Shown: piece after piece, positions 24,856-32,571 of the stretch
Layout: each line of letters begins with the position of its first letter
Position numbering within the stretch: position 1 is the stretch's first letter
Virus record (IMG/VR): IMGVR_UViG_3300032301_000607
Span: 1 to 37,904 of that record
From: a virus
Lineage: Duplodnaviria; Caudoviricetes
DNA length: 37,904 nucleotides
Direction: 5' to 3' (one strand)
The notes under the pieces: generated by a model
What the model saw: only the letters and a program-made list of their open reading frames with translations
What the model was told of the DNA's origin: nothing
The model's database searches: none
Program-made: the position numbers and the translations under genes

Positions 24856-25343
24856 ATAACAGCGTTCAAATCAATGTGGAGGATGCGATTGCTGGCCTTC
24901 TTGCGTCAATCTCTGGCCTCAATATTTATAAGACAAATAGGATTGGGACAAAGCTATTCCCATCAGCCACAATCTCTGCATCGGTTGGGGGGCAGTTGCT
25001 TGGCAACTACACCGGAGTGTATGAAGTAGCCGTTACAATCGACTACTCCGACACGGCGGCCAAGATTAGCCAAGAGGCTTTTGACGCTGAATACTGCTCA
25101 ATCTTCGAGGCGTTCTATTCTGAAACTCAGCCTCTATTCACCAAGATTCAAAATAACATTATAGATACAAAAGTTTATACGGCACGAATTACTGGACAAA
25201 CCCCAACCATTAAGACGGCTAAAAGGGCTTGGCAAAGGGGCTTGAAGATGAGCCTAATTTGCACCCCATCAGAACTAGACGATGGCTTGAGATATCTGGA
25301 TTTCCACGAAAAGAGAAACTCAATGTATGTGGGTGTGATTTAA
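24852..25343 (+). CDS. Tail terminator-like protein 2 (tandem paralog)
   Basis: Aligns by eye with the previous gene (VENAL/VEDAI, PSVTV/PSATI, SGVF/TGVY, FDAKF/FDAEY, RTWSR/RAWQR). Confidence 0.55.
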   Translation: MNNSVQINVEDAIAGLLASISGLNIYKTNRIGTKLFPSATISASVGGQLLGNYTGVYEVAVTIDYSDTAAKISQEAFDAEYCSIFEAFYSETQPLFTKIQNNIIDTKVYTARITGQTPTIKTAKRAWQRGLKMSLICTPSELDDGLRYLDFHEKRNSMYVGVI

Positions 25344-25359
25344 CAAGGAGCTTGAGAAT

Positions 25360-26136
25360 ATGGCACTTTCCATTTTAGACGGCAATCAATCGGCAACTAC
25401 GCTCTCAACCATTCTTTCTAGTGGGCAACACATCACCGCCCACACGGTTGTATCTCTTGGAACTCAAGCCATTACAGATATAGTCAATGCAACTTCGGCT
25501 GGCTTAACCAACACTCAACTCCGAGCAAGCGCAGTTACCGTGGGTGGGACAGTCACGGTGGGAAATAGCCTAACGATCGGCTCCCTCCCCGCCATCTCTG
25601 GCACGGTCACGGTTGGGGTACTGCCAGACCTAACAACTAGTACAGATTTTGAACAAGCTGGAACACAAATAGCCGCAGGATTTACCAATTACGGAAGTGT
25701 TCCTGTTTTCCTTTTGAACGCTCTCACCGCTGGCACGGCTCAAATCGGCTCAGTCACCGCATCCATTAGCGGGACAGTTCCCATCAGCATCTCCTCCGTC
25801 ACGGTTGGCAATTCGGTGACCATCGGCTCGCTCCCTGCGATTAGTGGGACGGTAACCGCCAACCCATCAATCTCATCTGCCGCTATCACCTCTGGCAGTT
25901 TTACTTCGCTAACTTCTGCCACACTCGTACCCGCTAACACCGCTCGCAAGATGGCTACCGTATACAATCTAGGAGCAGGGCAATTATTTATAAACGCAGG
26001 GGTTACGGCCACTACGCTCGGCGGGGGATTTATGGTTGCACTATCCAGCGGTGATTTTTACGAGTGCGACTACACCACCACCACGCTTTCTGCCATTTTC
26101 GCTACCGCTGGCACGGCCAGTTGGATGAGTCATTAA
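25360..26136 (+). CDS. Ser/Thr-rich fibre-like virion protein
   Basis: Repeated TVTVG and SGTV units; C-terminal small beta domain (NTARK.ATVYN). Confidence 0.65.
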   Translation: MALSILDGNQSATTLSTILSSGQHITAHTVVSLGTQAITDIVNATSAGLTNTQLRASAVTVGGTVTVGNSLTIGSLPAISGTVTVGVLPDLTTSTDFEQAGTQIAAGFTNYGSVPVFLLNALTAGTAQIGSVTASISGTVPISISSVTVGNSVTIGSLPAISGTVTANPSISSAAITSGSFTSLTSATLVPANTARKMATVYNLGAGQLFINAGVTATTLGGGFMVALSSGDFYECDYTTTTLSAIFATAGTASWMSH

Positions 26137-26147
26137 GGAGCAAGGCA

Positions 26148-26963
26148 ATGCCCTTGTATTCTGCGATCGCTCCGTTGCCAGTAAATCGGATTAAGAACAG
26201 ATTATTCGACCCAGACGCAAGAAACTACATTTTGCAAGTTGAGGCGGCAGATGGACAACCACTAGAACGGCAAGTGCGGGGGGCTATTAATAGTTTTGTA
26301 ATCGGTTGCAAGCAAGATGGAATTTGGTCGGCAATCAGAGCGTCTTGCATTATGGCTGGGGCAAGGACATTGAGTGGTGCTTTAATTCCTCTAATTGGAA
26401 ATGCACCATCTACTAGCACTTTTGTTAGTGGAGATTACAATAGAAAGACTGGATTGCTTGGCGATGGTTCAACCAAATCCCTTAGCACTGGATATGTTTC
26501 AAACACATTCTTTCAGCAAAATAATCATCACTTATCTGTATATGTAACATCTGCCCCAGCGTCATCGGCAACAACTAAAGTGTTTTTAGGGAATCAATCC
26601 GCACTAGGCTCTAGGTTATTTATAGCAAAAAATGCAGCAGATCAGTTTTCGGCTAGACTTGCGGCCACATCCACGGCAGTAAATGTTACTGGGCAAGGAA
26701 CAACAACTGGCTTCAAGGGTGGAGCAAGAAGTAGCTCAACAGAAGTTATAGCAAGATCAGCTCAAACCAATACAAGCACATCAATCACTTCAACGGCAAT
26801 AGCCTCAAGCCTAAATATCTTTGTTTTTGCTGGTGGATTCAGCAATCAAAACCTCTGCGATGCACGAATGTCATTTTATTCAATGGGCGACAATCTTGAC
26901 CTCGCTCTTTTAGACACCAGAGTGACAACCCTAATGTCCACTCTTGCGAGTGTTATAGTCTAA
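26148..26963 (+). CDS. Putative lectin-like virion protein
   Basis: Helical N terminus DPDARNYI..VEAADG, GDYNRKTGL.GDG motif and a beta-rich Ser/Thr core. Confidence 0.55.
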   Translation: MPLYSAIAPLPVNRIKNRLFDPDARNYILQVEAADGQPLERQVRGAINSFVIGCKQDGIWSAIRASCIMAGARTLSGALIPLIGNAPSTSTFVSGDYNRKTGLLGDGSTKSLSTGYVSNTFFQQNNHHLSVYVTSAPASSATTKVFLGNQSALGSRLFIAKNAADQFSARLAATSTAVNVTGQGTTTGFKGGARSSSTEVIARSAQTNTSTSITSTAIASSLNIFVFAGGFSNQNLCDARMSFYSMGDNLDLALLDTRVTTLMSTLASVIV

Positions 26964-27088
26964 TGCCCCTCCTCCTTCTCGCCCTCTTGCTCTGCTCCTG
27001 CTCGCCACGGCCATCCAATAACACAGGATTGCCGAACTACGATATGATGCAAGCCGCCAAGGACGCGGGGCAAACGCCCAGCAAATAG
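26963..27088 (+). CDS. 41-aa lipoprotein (not in ORF track)
   Basis: MPLLLLALLLCSCSPRPSNNTGLPNYDMMQAAKDAGQTPSK; LCSC lipobox; TAATG coupling. Confidence 0.6.
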   Translation: MPLLLLALLLCSCSPRPSNNTGLPNYDMMQAAKDAGQTPSK

Positions 27089-27095
27089 AGCCGGT

Positions 27096-27236
27096 ATGAT
27101 GCACCAATATACTTATGAGGATTTTATGTCCTCGCTCAAATGGCTTGAGGCCGAGGGCTACATAGAGAAGTTCTACGATAACAACGGCGATCTATGCGTT
27201 CGTGTGTGCGAAGGGGCGGAGGATTGTGAAGTGTGA
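27096..27236 (+). CDS. 46-aa acidic protein (not in ORF track)
   Basis: MMHQYTYEDFMSSLKWLEAEGYIEKFYDNNGDLCVRVCEGAEDCEV; GTGA overlap with the next gene. Confidence 0.55.
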   Translation: MMHQYTYEDFMSSLKWLEAEGYIEKFYDNNGDLCVRVCEGAEDCEV

Positions 27237-27487
27237 GTGCAGACCAAGTAGCGGATTTGAGGGAGAGGCTTGCAAGAATCGAGGAGCGGCAGGTAGGGTT
27301 GATTTCAATTTTAGAGCGTCACACCAGCGAAATAGCCCAATGGACAGCCAAGATCAATGGCAAGGTGGACACCCTAGAGAGGGAGTCGCACACCATTAAA
27401 ACAAAGCTATGGTTGGTTGCGCTAGTTTCTGGGGCGGTGTTCTCTACAATTTGGGAGCTTATTAAAGTAAGGGTGTTCCCACGATAA
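27233..27487 (+). CDS. Coiled-coil plus C-terminal TM protein (XhlA/holin-like)
   Basis: LRERLARIEE coiled coil; TM segment LWLVALVSGAVFSTIW. Confidence 0.6.
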   Translation: MSADQVADLRERLARIEERQVGLISILERHTSEIAQWTAKINGKVDTLERESHTIKTKLWLVALVSGAVFSTIWELIKVRVFPR

Positions 27488-27544
27488 TTTGACACAAGAT
27501 AAGTAGATTATGAATAAAACATTATCTTTTGAGGTTTCAATCTA

Positions 27545-27892
27545 ATGCCAGCCACGACCGTTGGACAATCGGGCTTGGTGTTCGGCTTAACGGCAGAGAC
27601 GATCGGACTCGTTCAGAGCTTCTCTGAAACAAGGAACATCGAGAAGAACGAAGTTCGTGACGCAAGCGGAAATATCACCGGCATCGGCTATTACAATCCC
27701 ACGACCGCCTACTCACTTTCAGTAGCGATTACTGGTTCAAATACCTCTCTCACAGTTGGCGGAGCTTTCTCAACCCTTGCTAATGCGACTACGGTTGGAA
27801 CTGTCAGAATCGATTCCTTGACCATCAATAAGTCAAATAGTGCGTTCGTAACTCTGGATGTCTCGGCGACTGGCTATCCGAATGTAAGTTAA
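27545..27892 (+). CDS. Major tail tube protein, putative (very short)
   Basis: Thr/Ser-rich beta pattern, high-expression codon style, upstream of the chaperone and tape measure genes. Confidence 0.6.
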   Translation: MPATTVGQSGLVFGLTAETIGLVQSFSETRNIEKNEVRDASGNITGIGYYNPTTAYSLSVAITGSNTSLTVGGAFSTLANATTVGTVRIDSLTINKSNSAFVTLDVSATGYPNVS

Positions 27893-27927
27893 TAGAGGTT
27901 CTAATCCTCTATTGAAATCCTAAACTT

Positions 27928-28305
27928 ATGCAAGGCACTTCCTACTGGGGAACGACAAATATCAAGATTGCTTCGTGCGTAGCCGCTTTTGGTGGGACGC
28001 TACGCCAATCAGACCCAGTCACTCATATCGTAAAAGACGATGGCAGTAGACAAGTTACTTTCTGGTTCAATAGTGGGGAGGGGGCAGAGGCCAAAGCAGA
28101 GATGGAAAGAAACTGGGGGGATATGAAGTCAGACAGCGAAAGCCCAATTCGATATGTCCGAGCGGCACTAGAGAACCGAGAAACGCTTCTAGGATTGGTT
28201 AAAAGAGCCGAGCCAATCCAGATCATAAAGAGAGGGGGGCAGACGCTCCTCGTCCCTATAAACGCCAAACCAGAGTTAAAGAAGGCTATCTTGAGGGCAA
28301 TATAA
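27928..28305 (+). CDS. Hypothetical tail-region protein
   Basis: ORF between the tail tube and chaperone genes. Confidence 0.6.
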   Translation: MQGTSYWGTTNIKIASCVAAFGGTLRQSDPVTHIVKDDGSRQVTFWFNSGEGAEAKAEMERNWGDMKSDSESPIRYVRAALENRETLLGLVKRAEPIQIIKRGGQTLLVPINAKPELKKAILRAI

Positions 28306-28306
28306 A

Positions 28307-28690
28307 ATGAGTGACATCCTAAATGAAGAACTAAACGCAACCTTTGTCCGTCCCGGCAGGGACTTCAAGGGGCAACCCATAGCTGAATACACAGAAGGCT
28401 CTCGCCTCCTAATGATTCAAGCAAAGGAAAAGGAAGATTCCCCAGTTTATTTTGTATGGGCGTTTCTATATCTGCACATCCTCCTAGCCAAAAACCGCAA
28501 GGAGGCCATCAAGTTAGCTTGGAACAAGGAGGCTTTTAAGGAAAGTCTGTTCGATTGGGTTTCGGATAAGACTCAAGAGGATAGGGATATGGCGACAAAC
28601 ATCGTTTCCTCCATTATTGAGGAGGCAAGCAAGGCAAGAGTTTCCATCATATCTAGCGGAGGCGAAGGCTTCTCGATGGGAAACGAGTAA
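28307..28690 (+). CDS. Tail assembly chaperone (gpG-like)
   Basis: Ends MGNE with an in-phase slippery heptamer G GGA AAC at 28678-28684. Confidence 0.8.
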   Translation: MSDILNEELNATFVRPGRDFKGQPIAEYTEGSRLLMIQAKEKEDSPVYFVWAFLYLHILLAKNRKEAIKLAWNKEAFKESLFDWVSDKTQEDRDMATNIVSSIIEEASKARVSIISSGGEGFSMGNE

Positions 28691-28899
28691 CGCCAGCTTG
28701 GACTGCCTACACCTTTTTCACGCTGGCACAACGCACCGGATGGAGTCTCGAATATATGCTTTGGGATTTACCAATCTGCGCCCTCAACCAAGGAGTCCAC
28801 ACCTATTTGTATGAGGAGGGCGTGCGGTTAATGCGGGAAACATCGGTTTCTTCTTCTGAGAAAAAGGAGATGGCACAACTGATGGGCATAGAAGTTTAA
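28678..28899 (+). CDS. -1 frameshift extension of the chaperone (gpGT-like; not in ORF track)
   Basis: The -1 frame is open to TAA 28897-28899: RVTPAWTAYTFFTLAQRTGWSLEYMLWDLPICALNQ... Confidence 0.8.
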   Translation, partial: GKRVTPAWTAYTFFTLAQRTGWSLEYMLWDLPICALNQGVHTYLYEEGVRLMRETSVSSSEKKEMAQLMGIEV

Positions 28900-28917
28900 C
28901 ATCCAAGGGGGTATATA

Positions 28918-29805
28918 ATGAAGATTCTGACTGCTTCCGTAGGCAAAGATGGAGGCATCGTGTCTAACTACGCACAAGTTCAGAAAGCCCTAGAGGATTA
29001 TGTGAAAGTTCGCAATCAAAGTGTGTATGATTCAGTTAAAGAAAAGATGGCAAATATAGCCTTTAAGGCCGCACAAAACACATACTTTTCCCCACGAGCA
29101 AACATTAAAGCAAATCTTCTAGCCTTGCCTATCACAAAAGACAATGGGAAAAAGCGCACTGGAAACACGCAATATGTCGGCCTCTATAAGCTAATAAATT
29201 GGCAAAGAAAAAATATGGGGCTTGACCCTCTCGGTGGAACTAAAAAGATGGTTGTAGGAATGAAGATTACAAAAAAGAAGTATTTCAACAAGGGGCTTAC
29301 AGATTTTGGGAAAGAAACCGCATATAAGTTTAAACCAATTATAGGCTCAAAAACACCTAGAAATACAGGGCCGTCTCAGGGAGTTTCAAGATTTATGGAC
29401 GGAAAATCCAAGCCCTTCGTTCAAGCAAGGATGAGGGGTTCAAAGTTCTTGAGAATTGGTTGGGCTTGTGCCGCCGCCGCTTTGGGAAAGTCGTTTGGCA
29501 AGGGCGATTTTGGTTCAGCTACACTTGAAAGACTTTCCGGAAAGGCTTACGGAGGCGGGGCGAATATTACAAGATTAGCTCCGGGAAGCAACCGGTTCGA
29601 GATTTACAATGGGGCTGGGGTGTTTGACTTGAGATATAAAGGGACACCAATGAGAAGCACGAATGACATCGCAAGGGCAAGAGCCGTGCAGGAAGCTGGC
29701 TTATTGGCTGGCCTACAAGCAGAGATAAAATCAATGTATGAGCTTGTAATAAAAAGAAACTCGGAAGCGTGGTTTGGTAAGAAACTGAATGTAAAGGCAG
29801 TCTAA
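28918..29805 (+). CDS. Basic virion morphogenesis protein (tail completion-like, tentative)
   Basis: Lys/Arg/Gly-rich 295 aa with helical ends; in the tail module. Confidence 0.45.
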   Translation: MKILTASVGKDGGIVSNYAQVQKALEDYVKVRNQSVYDSVKEKMANIAFKAAQNTYFSPRANIKANLLALPITKDNGKKRTGNTQYVGLYKLINWQRKNMGLDPLGGTKKMVVGMKITKKKYFNKGLTDFGKETAYKFKPIIGSKTPRNTGPSQGVSRFMDGKSKPFVQARMRGSKFLRIGWACAAAALGKSFGKGDFGSATLERLSGKAYGGGANITRLAPGSNRFEIYNGAGVFDLRYKGTPMRSTNDIARARAVQEAGLLAGLQAEIKSMYELVIKRNSEAWFGKKLNVKAV

Positions 29806-29806
29806 A

Positions 29807-31510
29807 ATGGAACCGCTAATCTTTAAGATCGAGACGCAAGCCGATGATTCGGGGGTGCGTAAATTTGATAAAAGCGTGGGGGGGTTAGATTCTTCTGCCA
29901 AAAAAGCCTCTGCCGCATTAGGCTCTTTCTCGAGGGACTTGCTTAACGCTAGGTCTGGGGCTGATGTGGCGGCCGCAGGGGCAGATGCGCTATCTAGAGT
30001 TCTTCAAAAGTCTTTGGCTGGGGCAGTTGTAATCGGGGGTATCAAAATAGTCGCCGATCAGATAGAGCAAATGGCTCAAGTAATCCGATCTGCTGGCGAG
30101 GCCACTGGGGCGGCAGTTACGCAACTTGAGCGTATGGGAGAAGTTAAGGGTCTAGAAGATGCTACAAGGGCAGTTGGTGTTTTGGATGGTTCGCTCGAAA
30201 CAGTAAAGAAACAACTAGGCAGTATTCAAAGTGGAAATTGGTTCACACAATTATCCGATGCGGCCACCGGAGCAAGCAAAGAACTAAAAGAACAAATAAT
30301 AAGCTTAGAAAGATTGAGAGACGGTCAGATTGCTTTGGGTTTTGCCGCCGAAAGAAGTAGCGCAGAGAGAATACAGGGATTAACAGATGAACAGAAACAG
30401 TATGACGCAATCGATCAAAGGCTAAATAAAAGACTTGAGCTTGCAGACAAGATATCAAATCAATCACTTAAAGCGGCCGCAATACAGGACGCAAACGCCC
30501 TCGCTGAGATAGAAAAGCGTAATCTCACTATAAAGCTAACCGAAGAACAGGGGAAGAAAGAGGCCGATCTCGCAACACAAAGAGAAAAAGATGCCGCCGC
30601 ACAACTTGTGGCGATGGAAAAGATCAGAGAAGCCCAACAAAAAAGATTCAACGAGCTATACGATGCAGAGGTAAAATCTCAAGAGCAGATGCAGAAGAGG
30701 ATAGATGCAGAGCTAAAAGCGGAAGAGGCCAAAGCGGCTCGACAGCAAGAACTACAACAAAACCTAGCTCAAGCACAAGAATCTCAAAAGCAAAACACAG
30801 CAGCACAAGCAAGTTCTATTGCTAGTTCTATGAGTGGGGGCTCTCAATCAGTAGTGGGTGGTCAAAGGAAAACAAGCTATGAAGTGGGATTAGAAAAAGC
30901 TCAAGAGAGGGCGTTCGTAAAGGGCAAAAGAGATTCCGCCGATGCAGAAATGCAAAGAACAATAGATCAAATAAAGCAAGAAAGAGCGGCCGCAGGAGAC
31001 ACAAGATTTACTGGCAAAACCGATGCTATGAATAGGATGGCAGAAGAAGCCGTTAAGGCCGCAGAGGCACAAGGTAAAGCCTCTTCGGGCACAAATGAAA
31101 TGGCAAAATCTGTTGAAACAGCACAATCGGAATTGTCTAACTTTTCTGATACAACCAGTACGGCTTCTTACGAAACAGATACTTTCTCAACTGATCTATC
31201 TGATTTGGGAACTGATTTTGATAGCGCAATGGAAAGCGCAGATAATTTTTCTAAGGGGCTAACTGAAAACTCTGGGAATATGATTGACGACTTCCTAAAT
31301 ACAGGGAAAGAGTCTGATGAGCTTGGTAAAGATTTTAATGAAACTAGCGATGAAGTAAATAGGTTTGGAGAAGCCGTAAAGAAAAACACACCACCGCCCC
31401 AAGCGAAAGAGACTGGGAAAGGAAGCAAGTCTGATGACCCTCTAACCAAAATACACAAACTTCTCGAAGATAACCTCAAGGAAATGCGAACATACGCTTT
31501 TGTAAAATAA
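29807..31510 (+). CDS. Tape measure protein
   Basis: Ala/Gln/Glu-rich helical 567 aa downstream of the frameshifted chaperone. Confidence 0.85.
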   Translation: MEPLIFKIETQADDSGVRKFDKSVGGLDSSAKKASAALGSFSRDLLNARSGADVAAAGADALSRVLQKSLAGAVVIGGIKIVADQIEQMAQVIRSAGEATGAAVTQLERMGEVKGLEDATRAVGVLDGSLETVKKQLGSIQSGNWFTQLSDAATGASKELKEQIISLERLRDGQIALGFAAERSSAERIQGLTDEQKQYDAIDQRLNKRLELADKISNQSLKAAAIQDANALAEIEKRNLTIKLTEEQGKKEADLATQREKDAAAQLVAMEKIREAQQKRFNELYDAEVKSQEQMQKRIDAELKAEEAKAARQQELQQNLAQAQESQKQNTAAQASSIASSMSGGSQSVVGGQRKTSYEVGLEKAQERAFVKGKRDSADAEMQRTIDQIKQERAAAGDTRFTGKTDAMNRMAEEAVKAAEAQGKASSGTNEMAKSVETAQSELSNFSDTTSTASYETDTFSTDLSDLGTDFDSAMESADNFSKGLTENSGNMIDDFLNTGKESDELGKDFNETSDEVNRFGEAVKKNTPPPQAKETGKGSKSDDPLTKIHKLLEDNLKEMRTYAFVK

Positions 31511-31514
31511 TTAT

Positions 31515-32291
31515 ATGGCTACAAATATAGTTGGCACATTTCCAATCCTTAACTCAAAGAAATCGCAGACCGATGAATATGGCTTTGATTATATCACATA
31601 CGAATACACGCTAAAGACGGAAACAGTAGATATATACATTCCAAAAAAGGACGATGTATTTGATGGCAATCTGAAGTTTTCGTATAGGGGGATAATTGCA
31701 AACCCCACGGTTAATGAATCATCGTATTTTGTAGAAAATGTTGAGGTTAGTCCGATGGATGGTGGCCTATCCACACTAACCGTGCAAGTAGTTGGGACAA
31801 GAAACTCTATCGAATCCGCTACTCCTAAAGTGTTTATTAGACAAGGCGGCCCGCTTATATTTGGACTTGATGGGTCTTTTGCTATTGATCTTAATGGGGA
31901 GAAAGCATACGCCGGAATTGGGCAAGAAATTGAAGTAAAATTCTTGGCATTAGGAGGCAGTAGTGGAGAAAACTCTATATATAAACAATACTTTGCCAGA
32001 GTAATGCCAAGAACATTCCGTGGGGTATCCTTGCCCGTCCCAAAGAAAGAGCCGGGGGGTTATGGCAATACCGTCTTTATTAATCCATCTCCCAATTCAT
32101 CGATTCTATCCGGTTATCAGATATACTACTTTGGATTTACTTGTAAGCGTGTAATTACGGAACGGCGTGGAGGGCTTTTGCTTGCGTCACTTTTCTTTTC
32201 TGAGGCTGGCGCGTCATTATTATACGGCCCATCAGACCAAAATTCACAAGCAAGCACCCTTTTGTATAACTACCCCGCCTACGGAGGGTAA
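31515..32291 (+). CDS. Distal tail/baseplate protein, putative
   Basis: Immediately after the tape measure gene; beta-rich. Confidence 0.55.
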   Translation: MATNIVGTFPILNSKKSQTDEYGFDYITYEYTLKTETVDIYIPKKDDVFDGNLKFSYRGIIANPTVNESSYFVENVEVSPMDGGLSTLTVQVVGTRNSIESATPKVFIRQGGPLIFGLDGSFAIDLNGEKAYAGIGQEIEVKFLALGGSSGENSIYKQYFARVMPRTFRGVSLPVPKKEPGGYGNTVFINPSPNSSILSGYQIYYFGFTCKRVITERRGGLLLASLFFSEAGASLLYGPSDQNSQASTLLYNYPAYGG

Positions 32292-32294
32292 TCT

Positions 32295-32549
32295 ATGCCA
32301 AGAGAAGCTAAACTCGATATGTTGCCCGATAAAGATATGGCGATATCTGGCGACAAATTCAGGAAGATGGTAAGAAGAATTGAGTGTACTGTTCCGCTTG
32401 CTGGGTATTCAATAAAAACAGAAGAAGTTGACGATGGGATTAAACTCCATTTAGATGCGGAACGAGTCACATTAAATGTTTGCTCTAATGGCACTCCATC
32501 TACATTGGTTGTTTATGCCTATGTTCCTCCAAAAGAAGAAGAGGCTTAG
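32295..32549 (+). CDS. Small tail-tip protein
   Basis: Position; carries a VCSNG.P.T motif shared with the next gene. Confidence 0.55.
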   Translation: MPREAKLDMLPDKDMAISGDKFRKMVRRIECTVPLAGYSIKTEEVDDGIKLHLDAERVTLNVCSNGTPSTLVVYAYVPPKEEEA

Positions 32550-32571
32550 TAAATGACAAGGAGTAATCAAT

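Noticed and set aside
28617-28814. Listed 65-aa ORF as the chaperone extension
   Set aside because: It is the +1 frame; the slippery heptamer leads to the -1 frame ending at 28899.
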